From positions 1,116,001-1,180,000 of the forward strand of contig BQFW01000015.1 in NCBI GenBank assembly GCA_020891255.1: DNA of 64,000 nucleotides. Direction: 5' to 3'. The DNA comes from Entomortierella parvispora E1425. Taxonomy: Eukaryota; Fungi; Mortierellomycota. How positions within the stretch are numbered: the stretch's first letter is position 1; each line of letters opens with the position of its first letter. Shown here in pieces: positions 35,409-49,314 of this stretch. The notes beneath the pieces were generated by a model. That model saw nothing but the letters and a program-made list of their open reading frames with translations. It did no database searches and had not been told where the DNA came from. The translations under genes were made by a program, and so were the position numbers.

Positions 35409-38400
35409 TTAGGAAGGTGCGGACGGTGTTGGTGCTTGGAACGTCAGTCCTTCAATATCGGTAGGAAGACAACTAGAGAGGAGTGAACCCAAGGTCTACA
35501 AGGAAAGAAATGAGAGGTAGATTGCATTATCAATAAATGAAATACAAAATTGTTGGGATCATCAAAATCAAGAAAGAGGCTCGTCATCTCACCTTCAGAC
35601 TGACAGGCTTGGTCAAGTAGCCATCTACTCCGCATTCAAAGGCAAGACGCTTGTCCTCGTCTGCCGCAAGTCCAGTCAGGGCAAAAATGATAGTGGATCG
35701 GTATCCAGAGGTATGCCCCTCCGAACCAGCGTCAGTGGACGTCGATCCATAGGCGCCTTGTTCCTTGATCATGGCCTGCTCGAATTCTCGGATACGTTTC
35801 GTCGCCACATTGCCATCCATCACAGGCATTTGCAAATCCATGAGGACAAACTCAAAGCCCTGCTTGCCTTGCCGACGCCAGACCTCTTCCTGGAAGCGCT
35901 CTACTCCCAACTTTCCGTTTTCGGCCTCGACGACTCCGATGCCCCTTTTCTTGAGAAATGTACGGAGAATCATCCTGTTGGTGATGTTATCCTCAATGAT
36001 AAGCACTCTGGGAAATGGAGAGCCGTCTGTTGTTGCCCTATTATCGGTTGAAGTTGAAACGGGACTAGGGCGAGCTGGCCTTGATATATGCAGATTATGA
36101 ATCGATCGTTGCATTTGAGAGTTCCTCTTTCCATTCGCATCGACGACGGCCCTGAAGCGAGCCAGATCTGTGCCGTCCGTCCCGGAAACCTGACTCTGTG
36201 GGCCAGGTGTCACAGGTTCATGGCTATCAACACTACTGTTGGAACCAGAGTCTTTGCGGGGCCCCGTTTCGCACTCTGGAGTCATCACGGGACTTCGGGC
36301 AGGATGCGTGTTTCTCTGTGGAAGGACTAGCCCTCCAGGCGAATGAGGAGGGATAAAGACCATCTCAGAGGCGAGGGAAGGGAACACAAAAGATTGCTTG
36401 ATCATACTTCCGGCAGACAAGAGTCGATTGTCATTGACACCCAAAGTCGTAGTTGTGATGTGAGGGACGGTGGCCGATCGAATCATGGACATTGGAGGAG
36501 GAGGAAGTCTGCCAGCGCTTGGTGTGGGCGAGAGACGAGGTGATCCATGTGGGGTCTGGAGTCCTTGATCAGAGCAAGCAGGCGTAAAGCAATCACGAAG
36601 GCATTGAACCAGCTTCATGGGTCCAACAGGTTTCGTCATAATGACAATGTTTGCTGGCCTTTCAATAGGACTGGAGTCAATTTGGGTTTCCAGATAATCG
36701 TCTACCAGCTGCTGAATGGTCTTCACATGGGGTGGAGCACACAAGAACAGCAGGGGCACCGGTGTGACAGGCTCTCCGACGCCTTCTGCCTTGCATGCAA
36801 AATGGTACTTGGTCCAGTGAGCCAAGTATGCCTTCAATCGTACGAGGTCGTCGTTGATGACCAAGAGATCACAAGAGGAGCTGCCTTCAAGGTCTCGCAT
36901 CATGTCCTCAGGGCTGACTTCCTGTTCATTTCCACGCTCCACGTTCATCAACAATTGTTGTCCCATCATGCGCTCTCCCAAGATCTTGAAGAGTCGGTCC
37001 GAACTCACAGATGATTCCCCGGTAAAGAATCGACAAGACATTTCTTGCCAGGAACCCTGGATATCCTTGAGAGACTTTGTCTGGTGTGGAGCTGGGGTAG
37101 CCCAAAGGAGGACCTTGATCACACAGCCCTTTCCTTCTACACCTTCACTCCAGACCTCCATCCATCCACCAAGCTTCTTGACGAGCTCTTTGACCAAAGC
37201 CAAGCCCAGTCCTGTTCCCACCTGGAGCGGATCTTCCTGCGAAAAACGTTCAAAGAGATGAGACTGTACAAACTCTGCAGAGATGCCTTTTCCTGTATCA
37301 CGAACAGTGAACAAGATGGGTCTAGCCTCCGGATAGGGTGGTTTGAGATTCGCAGGGTTGTGAGTCACTTCAATCGCCGAGAGCTCAACATATCCCGTTG
37401 TTGTAAACTTGATGGCATTCTCAACAAGCTAATGAAGGAGAAGAGGAGCAAAAGAGAGGTGGCGGCGTATATAAGTCCCCCATTCTTTCACTTCATCCTT
37501 ACTGAAACGGCTTATTGAATTGACACATACCTGCGAGAGAATGCGAGTCACCAGGTTGACATCAAGCAAGAAGTTCCAGTGAGTATCTTGATCAGGATCT
37601 CTATCGGGCTCATCCATGGCCACCATGAGCTCAAGGACAGGCTTTCTTTCTAAGGCCAACTTTTGCGCAGCGAGTCCGTTTCCAGAATCCGTAGGCGAAT
37701 CTTCAGCGGATGAGTGACCTGCCATGTTTCCTTTGATTGCATTCATTCTTGTGTTGGGTAGACTCGATGCTGAACCAGGCGTAGAGGAAGAGGTGGAGGC
37801 CGAGCTCGACAGTGAGCTTAGAGATGGCTTAGTCCAGGATGGCATCATCACAATGTTCTTGTTCGTGCAGGCTTTCGCCATAGACTCTGACACCTTTTCA
37901 CACAAATCTCGAATGTCAACCTCTTCCAAGACAATATCATCATCTTCCTCCTGAGGAACAGCAGATGCTGCGCCATGGAAATTCGGTGGGTCCATCGAAT
38001 TATCGGGGTCCAGCTTTGCCAAATCAATGATATTGTTGATGGTATCAATCAAGGATTTTCCAGAAGCCTCAGCAGCATTCACCATAGCCAATTGGTTCTC
38101 ACTCAAAGGCTCCTCAGGGTTCGCGTAAAGCAACTCCAGGATTCCAAGAATGATATGAAGTGGGGTCCGGAGTTCATGAGAGATGCTAGGCATCAGAGAC
38201 ATAAATATTAGAACAAAATGTGCGATTGCTGGATTTGACTGTCAATGATGAAGAACTATCACATATAGCACCAACCTTTTGATAAATGTGCCTTTGGCCC
38301 TATCTGCGGTTTCGACCCTGCGTTTCATGACTTCGGTAACGAGACAAGACCCAAAGTTCTTGAGGTAAATCCGCTCGTGGAATGAGAACTGTTTTGTGCG

Positions 38401-41400
38401 GGAGGATGAAAGAATAACAAAATAAGCCCATGGTTCCTCGTCCGTAATGGTTTTGCCAGTCGTGGCAGTGGGTCCAAGAATAGGGACAATAACTCCTGAT
38501 TGAAATGGCGAGTGCGTTCCTGAGGATAGCTCCCGCAGGGTCCCTTGAAATGTATGACAGAGCAGCTTTCGATTCCTAGGATCCTTGACGTGCTGTGAAG
38601 CTGGACCAAACCAACCATCCTCGAACGTATCTTCCCCGTGAGAATACACAAAAAGACTGTTCTGACCAGGCTGGCGAGCAGGTGCTGTAGTCTCCTGTCG
38701 GACATACTGAAGCATTTCTCGGATGACTGGCGAGTCCCGGTCCCACACTGGCTCGACAGCGTCCAGAAGTGCATCTCCGAGGCGATGAGGTCTACAACCT
38801 TCGTCCGTGCAAACCCATGATGATCCATCCCGTCTGGCATATTGCAACTTTTGGTCAAGCACGGGCGACCCTGACCCTCCTGGGACTTTTTTCGAGGACG
38901 CTAAACAGACGAGAGAGGTGTTTGGTATATCGTCCATAATACGTCCTCCTTTCACAACACCCACAGATCCCTTGCGCCGTCCAGCAGCGTCGAGATAGTT
39001 CCAAACGATCGAGGAGCCCGTTGGTGGGATAACGGATTGATTTGCTGATGCTTGTACCAGGTAAACCGCATCGACATTCAATGTTGCTTGGATGAGGGTA
39101 CAGGCAGCGGGGAACGCCTTGTCCTGGAGAGGGTTGCCGGTGGATGAAACAGACACTGTAGGTGGTGTCGTTGCGGCTTTAGAGGCCCCCAAAGTGCAGG
39201 AGAGTAGAGTCGGGGATCCTGATGGTGTTGGGAAAACGGGCTCGATGGGAGGTGAAATCAGAGCTGGGCCATCCATCAGGGCATTCTCAGAAGACGTGGT
39301 AGTCAGTGTGGCAGATGAAGAGGCAGACATGTCTGAAGGCGACGTGAAGGATTGATTTCCGAGTGGGTGACTGGCTTCACCATCTGTACACAGAGTATCC
39401 AAAACTTCTGCGGCCAAGCTCAAGTCTGGCTTTGCCATGTCCAGGCACCCTCTCACCCAGCGAGTCACATCCCTCATCATACGATTCCTGACACATAACT
39501 GAACTTGATCGTGCCAAAGCTCCATCTCTCGCATGACGACGGCTGCAAAATCGATCAACAACCGCCTTTCTCTCTCTGAGAATTCTGTACGGGGACACGA
39601 ATCCAACAGGCAGAGCGATCCAATATTGAGTCCATCCGTAGTTGTCAGCGGTGCGCCTGCGTAGAATCGGATGAAAGGGTCGGATATAACCGCTGGGTGA
39701 TTCTTGAATCGCCAGTCCTTTCGTGTGTCCAGGATAACCAGTGGGTCATCTGTAGATCGAAGGATCGTATGGCCACAAAACGAGTCCTCGCGAGGAACAT
39801 CTGGCAAACCATGGGGATACTGCGCTTTAATCGACACCTGGTCGTAATCCACGAGGGAGATAATGCAACCGCCAGCGCCCATGACCAATCCCACAAGCTG
39901 CACGATCCGTTCAAAGTTCTGGTCGATACCAGTCTGAAGAATCTGGAAACTATACAGAGCTCGAAGCCGCTTCTCTTCCTGGGGTGGCAGTGGTGCTCCT
40001 AGGTAGGCCAGATTCTCCTTGGTTGCTTCAGGCTTGACATAAGGGGGGATTGGATATGGACCGGAGGTATGTTTGGGCCTTGGGACTGGTACGTCCGCAG
40101 GAAAGCGACCCTGGCGGTAATGCAAGAGGAAGTCGTCCCATGTATCGTACTCGGGTTTTCCACAATCGACAGAAGAGGTGTTACGGGATCGGAAAGCGTA
40201 ATCGTGTTCAAAAGAGTACTGGGGCGAGAATCCTGGGGTGGAGCAGGTCGAGTTTGAGGTCATGGTTGGGGAGGCGTGTCCCTGGGCCGAGAAAGAGGAG
40301 CGACTGAGTCCTCGTACTGTCTGTGCGAATCCTGAAAGGCGCTCGGCAAGAGCAGTGCCGGAGAGCCTGGAGGAGGAGGAGGAGCTGAGTCCCGAGTCCG
40401 AGATACGACGGGTCCTAGCCTCGCTGACCTTGAGCTGGTCTACACTAGTCTCGATCCCGCCTTTGGTGCCGCGGGAGAAGGACTTTCCAGTGATAGAGAC
40501 GGGGGCCAAGCCTAGACTGGGTCCTGAGGTTGCTGATTCGGGTCCTTGATCCGATCGTGATATCCGCAGGCCAGTTCCTTCGGACTTGCGTCGCTGTACA
40601 ACCTTTTGTGAGGATCTAGAAGAGGGCGCAGTGGCGAGAGAGGGTAAGCGTTGCGAGCCAAGGACGACGATCGACGAAGGATAGTGCGGGTGGATGCGTC
40701 GTGGTTGTGCAAGTGTTCGCACAGAAGGAGTTGTGTGCGGTGCGAGTGTGCGAAGCCAAGGGAAGAATGGCGGTAAAAGAGTCAAAAGGGTAAAAGGGCA
40801 AAGTGGTACAAAGATTAAAAAAGAGAAGGTCGACAGGAAAAAGAGACTCTCTGCGATTCGTGTGCGGACTGAAACCGACCATAAGCGACCAATCGATCCG
40901 TCTCTCGCCTTCTCTCTCTTTCTCTCTCTTCTCTGTAACAAGAGAAGTACCTTCCTTTCCCCAGAAGGAAAGATCTCCTTGGCTCTTTCTCTATTGCAAT
41001 AGAGGGACGGTCATGCCCCATACATATAACACGCAAAAGTCTTGGCCTGGTCACCAATTTGCCCACCTGCAGCCAACCATGCTAGCTATCCCATTCCTGC
41101 ACAGCATGGCAAAGTAACCTGCTTTTGGCCTAATTTGATAATCCCCTTCAATTCTCATAATACCGTTGGACACAACAAACAACACCCCTTCCATCCCTGC
41201 CATCCCTGCCATCCCAAGTGTAGTGGACAATAGGTAGCCAAAAGTAGAGGAATCGAACAAAAAGAAGGGATGATTCATGATACATTTCAACCCAGGTCTC
41301 TTTTCCCTTACCTGGAATCCAATCCTGAACTTGGGTGACCATTCCCGAGACCCGGCATCCAATTGAGGCGCAAGCCCTTGGACCAACGGTGCTCTCTGTC

Positions 41401-41871
41401 CTTCAGTGTCTCTGTCACCGGATGCTTTGAGTGTTGTGTTGGTGGGAGCCCCGACGTTACCTGTGCTGCAGAGCTGGAGCCCCCAGCCAAGAACGAAGAC
41501 TGATGTACAGACGAAGTCGAAAACGATCTCATTGGTGAGTCTGACGCTCCTGATGAATGGTCCATTTGGATGGGATGCAACTGTGGTCGAACAGCGCGTG
41601 GTGATTGGGATGCTTCCTGGAATGAGGCCACCGAAGATACAAGTGTAGCTGTTGAGGGAGTGATGTTTGGGGACATGGTGTGATCCATAGACGCGTTTAG
41701 TGGTGCCAGGACCGCGTCTTGTGATGCTAGACTAGATTCCCTTGGAGCAGGCACAGGCGAAGTGATGGCTCGTAGGAAACGCGGTCGTCGTTGAAAGATT
41801 CCCTGGCGCTGTGAGCTCTCCTGAGAGGCGCTGGAGGCAGTGGCTGGATGAGGGGACGGCGTTCGGGCCAT
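35409..41871 (-). CDS. Hybrid histidine kinase (GAF, degenerate GAF, HisKA, HATPase, pseudo-REC, REC); exons approx. 41871-41312, 40615-38276, 38185-37531, 37428-35593, 35495-35409
   Basis: GAF (EEKRLRALYSF..SFCGHTIL..RFYAGAPL), H box SISHELRTPL, N box LVENAIKFT, G1 VRDTGKGIS, F box LFERFSQ, G2 GTGLGLALVK, receiver VLIIEDN..VLMDLQMPVMDG..YLTKPV. Confidence 0.95.
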
Positions 41872-43219
41872 GTCCGGAATGGTAATCAATTTAGACGCGG
41901 CAACGGCGGTGGTGACAAAGGTGACAAAGTTGGCGAGAGGAAAATGGACAGCAGTCTGCCCAACGGTGGCAAAAGTCGAGATGGACGAGTGGAGGAGTGA
42001 TCACTCTGCCCGAGTTGTTTTTCACTTGTGGTCAGAAGATTGTGCCAAAATGCCTGCTGACGAGAAGAAAAGGGAGAGGAAAAAGAGTTCTTAATGATCC
42101 CGAACACAATGGACTTGAATGGGACAAGCTGGGAGAGACAAAGAGGGAGACAGAGAGAGAAGTGAGAGAGAGGGAAAGAATGAAGTTTGGGATAGAGTGG
42201 GCCAGACCGCGCGAAAGCAAGAAGGCAAGTGAGTTTTGCGGTTTGTGCGTATATGTTTTTGTTTTTTGGCCGTTTCTTCACAAAGCAGAGAGACAGCTGC
42301 GCGCGGTGAGCAACACGGACGGGGGAAAAGGGAAAAAGAACCGGGGTGGAGTGGAGTGGGGTCGGTGGAGAGAGAGGCGTTCCTTCTGAAGCATTAATGC
42401 AAATGCAAGGAAGAAACAAAGGAAAGAAGAGAAGGCAGGCACGCACGCAGCAGGAAAGGAGCAACCACAGGTCGGTAAAAGCAAGTGGAGGCCACACAAG
42501 GAGTTGAGGGAATGTGCCCGTGTATGTCTGTGTGTATGTGTGTGTACGTGCGTGTTTAAGAGAGTGCAAGAAAGAGAGCGGACAAGTGAGCAAAAGAGGC
42601 GCAGACAGAGCGAGAGAGAGTGGGAGTGAAGAGGACAAAGAGGAAGAGAGAGAGGAGAAACATGGGTGGACACCATGGGCCATTATCAGTTTGCTGCAGA
42701 AGATAATTTACCTTTTGATTGGAAGGACTGAGAGAGGTTGAGATAAATCGACTATTAGGCGAAATGGAAGGAAGGGAAGGAAGGACCCTGCAAAACAGAA
42801 CGAGACAGAGGGGGAGAGAGACAGAGGCTCAAGGGTATGGGTCAGTCCAACCGGGGCTGGTGCAGATGTGGGAGGGTGGACGGAGCGAGGAAGGGAGTGA
42901 TCAGCGATGAAGATGAATCAGCGAGAGGATAGGAGGGAAAGAAAGAGTGCGCGCGTGTTGGTCCAAGTCAGGTCGGTCAGGGGCAGAGAGAGAAGGCAGG
43001 CAGGTTGGCAGGCAGTCAAGCAAGACAGACAGAAAGGGACCAGAGGAAAGCAGCAGATGGTCACAGCCCCCGGAGTCGTTGGAGACAGGAATCGATGGAG
43101 GACAACGACAGAGGAAAGAGATGCAGGAAATGAATGCGAATAAGGGAAAGCGTGGCGGATGGGATGGAAACGAGATGGAGCGTATTGAATGAAGAAGTGA
43201 GTGAGTGAATGAGAGTTGA

Positions 43220-43260
43220 GGATGGATGGATGGATGGATGGATGGATGAATGAATGAATG
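43220..43260. repeat. Compound microsatellite (GGAT)7(GAAT)3
   Basis: Read directly from the sequence. Confidence 0.9.
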
Positions 43261-45512
43261 GAATAGATGGAGAGGGAAGGGCGAGAGGGAAGGGAAGGGA
43301 AGGGGAAGGGGAAGGAGGAAGGGGGACAGAAACGGGCCTTTCTTTTTCTTTGTCTGTCCGTTTCGTTTCGTTTCGTGCGTGCTTCGTTCTTTCTCGTGTT
43401 TTTCTTACCTTGGCCTTGCTTGTGCTTTCCTTGGTTCAGTCAGTGTGGATCGTGGCTATTCAATCGGGCCCGGTTGCCTATTCATTCAGGCCATCCATCC
43501 ACCATGGCTCCAGAAGGGAAGAGCGCGAAGAAGAGCAGGGAGGGGTTGGGATAGCGCTGCGCTGCTCCTGATTGGTCCATTGGTGCCTCTCTCTTTCCGT
43601 CTGTGTCTGTTGTGTCTGTTGTGTCTGTCCGTCTGTCTGTCCGTCTGTCATGTCTTGTCCTGCCTGTTTGTCGGTGAGTCTTGCTTTGTCTGCAGGTCTG
43701 TCTCTCTGGATGTTGGTCTGTCCGTATGCTTGTCAATCAGTCGGTCAGTCAGCTTGACTGTCGGGTCTGTGTCTTTCTTTGGTGTGCGTGGTGCGCGGAG
43801 CGTCGTGTCTTGTTCGCCTGGCTGCCGCTTCTTTCTTTCCCTTGTATTCTTTTTCTTTCTTCCTTTCATTCCTTCTCTCCTCCTTTCCTACTTGACTGGC
43901 CTTTGCGTCTTTGCCTGGATTTCTCTTTACTTTGCCTTGCTTTGCTTTAATTTAATTTGCTTCGCTTGGTTTCCCTTTTTTTTTTTTTTTTTTTTTTTTG
44001 CGTCTGGACAATCTCTCTCTCTCTGTCTTTGGTTTTCTGACTCTCGTGATGACCTTGCTTGGAATGGGAGAAGGGTGGTCATGTTTCTCTCAATCTGCTC
44101 ATCTGCCCACACACTGCGGCTTTTTGTTCTTTCTTTTCCTTTCTTTTTTGGCCAATTTATCTTTGAATGACTTCTGCAGATCTTTTCTGTTATACCGCTT
44201 GTACCTCGAGGGCCGACAGCAGCAGGTTCCGATCATTCAAAATATGGATCCCTCCCCCAGATCTTGCATCTCCTTCTCGCCTCGTTTCCATTATGGGATC
44301 CATCTTGCAGACAAAAAAAAAAGAAAAAAGAGCAAACTTGAGGACAAAGTGACGCGTCCATTCGCGAAAGAACGCTATTTTTTTTTTTAATTTGTGCTTT
44401 GGGAATATGACAAGTACTTTTTTTGCATTCCTGGTTCCCGTCCCTCCGTCTCTCTGTCTCTGTCTCTATTCTCTTGAAATGCGGATCTCTTCCCCTAAAT
44501 GTTTATGCTTTCCCTGGTATTCCATTGGAGACGGGGGAAAGGGGAAGGGGTTGGGGGGGAACGAGAACTGGGGCACTTGTCAAAAACGAATGAAACCCTG
44601 ACGCGTTCAATCCTTTTCTTCCTATTTCTCTATTGTTGATTTTGCACGCCCCACGATCTCCCAAAAGATAAACAAAAAACACAAAAAGGGATCAAAGGCA
44701 AGTTGCGTGGGCAATTCCTGTTTGTCCTTTCGCCATTGGTCTCTTTCACTTCCAACAGTCAAGAGCCAAGAAAAAAACACGTATTCAGATCCGTTCACCG
44801 ATTTATATGCAAACAATAGCGGCCCGTGGTCTTTAAACCCTTGTTTTTCTTTCTCTCTTCTTCAGTTCTCGGCAGGAGAGGGTGCAGGGGGGGAAGGCTG
44901 GGTTTTCACGTCTGCATTTCTTCTACATAGCTGAGCAGCACGCGCACGCGCGCCCACGAGAGATGCAAAAGTAGAAAAAAAAAAAAAAAAACTTTGCTTT
45001 TGTGGTACCTCCTTGTGAGTATTTTGTCCATCGTGCAACAGGAGAAAGGAAATGGTTTGTGCCTGTATCAGGATATCATCCCGCAACAAAGGACAACGAC
45101 ATTGGCTCAACTATCCCCAGGTATCCTTCCACCCTCTCAAGTTTGAGATGGTCACAACAAAAAGAAAATGTGCACAAGAAAATAAAAAAGAAAACTCCTT
45201 GACGTGGTGCAACCTCGTTTCTTGTTCAGCCTCTTTTCTAAAATCATCTTCACAGTCCGCCGTATTTTTTTTATGGCTCACTTGAACCACTGAAGGTCAA
45301 CGAAATTTTTTTTTGTGTTTTTTTTTTCTGTTCAGCTGCATTTTCGAAACAGCTCTCCGTTGTGGCGTCTGCCACGCGTTTTTGTGGATCTTTCAAAGGA
45401 GGGGTCGGAGGAAAGGGGTTAGGGGTCTTTGTTTTGCCCGCTAATGCATTTTGACCACTTTTACAGATTTTTATTGAAGGTTTTGACGTCAAATGAGCTT
45501 CTTGACGACATA

Positions 45513-48134
45513 TCACCGGGTGGAGGTCAAAGGGGACGACGACGTGTTGGATGCAGAGGAGCCAGATCTGGACCCTGCACCCGACACTGAACTCGAGCCG
45601 GAACCTAAACCAGAGAGGGAGCTAGAGTTCTCGCCACTTCCACCACCTCCGCCGTCATCGCTCCCCTCAAAACGACTATCTTGAGCAGGTCGGGGCGTCG
45701 TTCGAGGAGACAACATTTTTGAGTCAGACTCCGTGTGCGTCTCTTGTACCGCTGGCAAAAACCCTAACGTTGAAGAAACTGCGGGCAGTCCCGTCACCAC
45801 GATAGGAGGGTTTGAGCTTGCTGTCCTTGACATGACATCCAAGACACGTGGAGACGTCGATGAAACGATCCCTGCCGAGGATTGGCGGTTCATATTCAAA
45901 GGGATGTAATCCAGTCCTCCGGCCTTACTTTCCATCATGATTCGCCTTTGGTAACTACCCCCACCGGCCACGACGGGACCAGACGCCGATGACGACCGAG
46001 CCAGATTAGAGAGCGGACGCGTACTCTGATTCGGACTCCCAGCCGACGATCGATACTGCACGCTTTGATTTGCAGAGGGCGGAGAGTCATTGGAGGACCC
46101 AGATTCATCAGCACCCGCTGGCAGTGTTGGAGTGGCGTTCCGTCTCTTCTTGGCAGACTCTTTCAAATCTTCCCACCTCTGCTTGTATTTTTTCATCAGG
46201 GCATTTTGTTTCGCGTTCTCGATCTTGAGTTGTTGGAGTTCCTCTGTCAGCTCTTTCAGTCGTGCCTGCATGGTTGTGGGATTCATTTGATCAAAACTAG
46301 TGTCAATTGATCCCGATGAAGACGAAGAATGAGGAGGCAAGCCCGAGGCTAACGTCGGAAGTAGCGATGCAAGCCCTCCCTGTATCCGTGGCGTTTGGGT
46401 GCCGCTCTTTTCTACAATAGTCGGCGAAAATGATAACAAGGCACTTTGTTAAACAGAGATGAACTTCTTTGCAATCTGAGAGAGAGTTGATCAATATAAT
46501 ACCTGCGGATACGTCCTGAATGGACTGTTTGACAGGCCTGAGTATGTCCTGACTTTTGATGAGTTGCATGGCTGACCGCTGTACGTCCTTGGTCCACACA
46601 CTCATCTGCATTACGCCTTCGAGATTCTTCTCAAGCTTCAAATTGCGTCTCGAGAGCTTGTCTAGGGTCAGCTTTAGCTGCTGATTCTCGATCGCGTACT
46701 CTTCTAGTGTCTTTGTAGAGCGAGGCAGGGTATCTGCTCGTTTGAGAGGTGTGGATATAGGCCTGCTACTAGATGACGAGTGCACAAGTGTGGCGGATTC
46801 AGTGGCCGAAGTAGAGGCCGACCGGTTTCGGGGCAACATCTTCGACTGACTGTTGAGTATGGAAGGCGAATCAATAATAAAAAATGACTCTTGCATAGGC
46901 GATGGGTCAACACGTATCCTGGGCTGACGTAATTGGAGTTGGGGTTGACCAGGTCCTGGATGAGAAACATTTCGCAATGAATTAGACTGAAGAGAAGTTC
47001 CTCCCGATCCTGCTGCTGGGACTTCTATCGGACTTAGCACAGGTGGCTCTTCGGATGTAGGCGAATTCAGAAAGGTAGATCCTGCGTTCAGTTGCATGGG
47101 GTCATCACCATCCAGTAGTGGAATCGAGGTAATCGCCACTGGATTCGATATTTTGAGCACCAGATTTTCAACCGCCTCCCAAAACTTGTTGAAAGGATCA
47201 GACTCGTCTTTCTATTTGATATTAGATATGAAAACTCCATTGTCAATAAAGTACTCAATCCTGTCCTTTTAACAAACTTTCCAAGTTTCAACGAAAAATA
47301 CTCACCGCATGATTTTTGATGAGTGTGTATGATTCCTCGACCATGGCCGAAGATGAATTACTGGAGGCCTCAGAGGACGTGCCAAGGTAGGACCCTCCTG
47401 ACCCAGCAGCATCTCCTCCAACAGACCCGCCGACGCCACCGCCGCCGCTCTGTCTAGACTCATGGCCAAGGATGCCAAGACTCTGTTGAGAAGAAATGGT
47501 ATGTCTCCTTTGGCCCAATCCTCCACTATTTCCTTGTTCCTGTTGACTGGATGGCCCTCTTCTCCGGGAAGAAGGTAAAGAAGAAGCCGGCGAGTCGACA
47601 GAGTTTTGTGGTGCACTGCCATCTGCACGATTCCTGCTCGACAGTTTCTGTTGATTTGTCAGGGTTGTCGCTGCTGCTGCCGCAGCAGCAGCAGAGGCGG
47701 CAGCAGCAGCCTTGGCGACCCTCCTCTGAAGATCCTTTGCCTGTCTGTTATGGTTGGCATTCATCAGTTTGAGGGTTCGGACGACCTCCTGATTCTGTGT
47801 GTCCTTGGTTGCCAACAGGAACTGATCTAGTTCAAAAATGGCCAAAAAAAAAAAATACGTGGGCGATTTAGAACTGCGCCCAACTGTTTGTGTGGCAAGA
47901 GGGGGAAGAGAAACCATGCATGCAACCACTTCATTACCAGCAGCCTTGAAATGAAGATCAATGGCCTCGGTCCATCCACCTCGTTCCTCTTGCTCCTCGG
48001 CCTCATTAGCATACCGGTGAGCCTAGAATACACAGCATGTGCGTGTGCGTATGAGTGGTCCATTCACCGATGCTTAAATTGTTCCTGAAACAAGAATGGG
48101 ATGGAGGGCTCACCAAATTGACTGCTGTGTCCAT
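45513..48134 (-). CDS. ATG38: Atg38/NRBF2-like protein (N-terminal MIT domain, C-terminal coiled coil), multi-exon
   Basis: Spliced N-terminus MDTAVNL|AHRYANEAEEQEERGGWTEAIDLHFKAA|DQFLLATKDTQNQEVVRTLKLMNANH has a MIT pattern. Also DPFNKFWEAVENL and a C-terminal LKIENAKQNALMKKYKQRWEDLKESAKKRR coiled coil. Confidence 0.7.
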
Positions 48135-48353
48135 GGAGAATGTCTATTGCTGTGTATTGAAGGTAAAGAATGTGTGTTGATGTGGGTATAGTATATAGAT
48201 GAGGGAGGAATGTAAAGGCATGAATGGATGAATGGAAATTGAAGACAGAAGCCCCAGGTCTTCTTTGCCTTGAGTTGCCACGAACGCGTGCTTGGTGGAC
48301 ACATGATCTGCGCCACCCTTAACAGGTGCTAGGTGCATGCATTTATTTTCTAT

Positions 48354-49314
48354 CTATGGTGCGGGTAAGATGACTTCACCGTTCGACCGAACCACCTTTG
48401 AGAAGTACTCTGGAGGAATAATCCCCTCTCCATTCTTGCCGTCTGACAAAATCACGTTGTTAGCGGCCTTGTAGAACTTGTATCCGTCTATGATTTGATC
48501 CATTGAAATCCACTTTTGGTGAGAAAATCGACGGTATTTCTCCCACCTTCACATATCAACAGATCAAGCTTACGTTACCTGCAATGGCCTTGGCAGTATC
48601 AATGTGAATATACAGGTTACAGCTTCCACGCATGCCGCTGATCACTCCCTCTGTTCCCAAGAGTCCAATGGCCATATGGATATGATTTCTGCCCATCTTG
48701 TTCAGTCCTTGAGCACCTAAGATTCGACACAGATCCAACACAATGATACATGATGGAGCATCGCTTCATGTTAATTGATTAACGCAATACACCTTTTTTT
48801 GCTCAGTCGTTTTTTTTCCTCTCCAGCCTCTCTTACCAATAAGAGGCCATTTAGAGAACATGGTCCCATGAACAGCATCTGGGATCAAACTCGCGTCCAA
48901 AGGCTCCAATCCAGGATCTGTGACCGTTTGAAGACTATGACCCTGAACTGCTCGGATCCATTCGGGGTTTCCTTGTTCATCTGACAGGACTTGGAATCGC
49001 TTCTTATCGTTGGTGTCGACGACCTCCATGATTTGAGGGATGCTATAGCCTTTGAATTTGGAATGCGCCAGGACGTCCTTGATCAGGACATAACCATCCG
49101 GACGAATGGCGACACCTTGGGCGGCGGCATTGTGTCGGAGGAGCCAAGAGAGAGCTTTAGAGAGTCGCACTGTGGGACTGTCGGCCCCCCGTGGCCGTCC
49201 ACCGCCTCGTCCTCCACGCGCACCTCCTTGGCCACGGTTGCTGCTGTTGTTCCCACTGGCGCCGGGAGAGGACTGACTGCTGGTTTGATTTCCTGGCTGT
49301 GATGCTGTGGACAT
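48354..49314 (-). CDS. TPT1: tRNA 2'-phosphotransferase (Tpt1/KptA), 3 exons
   Basis: LSKALSWLLRH, NDKKRF, IRAVQGHS, VHGT, GLNKMGRNHIH and YKAANNVILS motifs. Confidence 0.96.

Noticed and set aside
41886-44390. Long ORFs (265 aa and 306 aa) upstream of the histidine kinase
   Set aside because: Microsatellite and pyrimidine-tract translation products, not protein-like.
46420-46515. GTATCC at an Atg38 intron, suggestive of a U12-type donor
   Set aside because: Reading-frame continuity requires the downstream GTATTA donor, and there is no U12 branch consensus near the acceptor.
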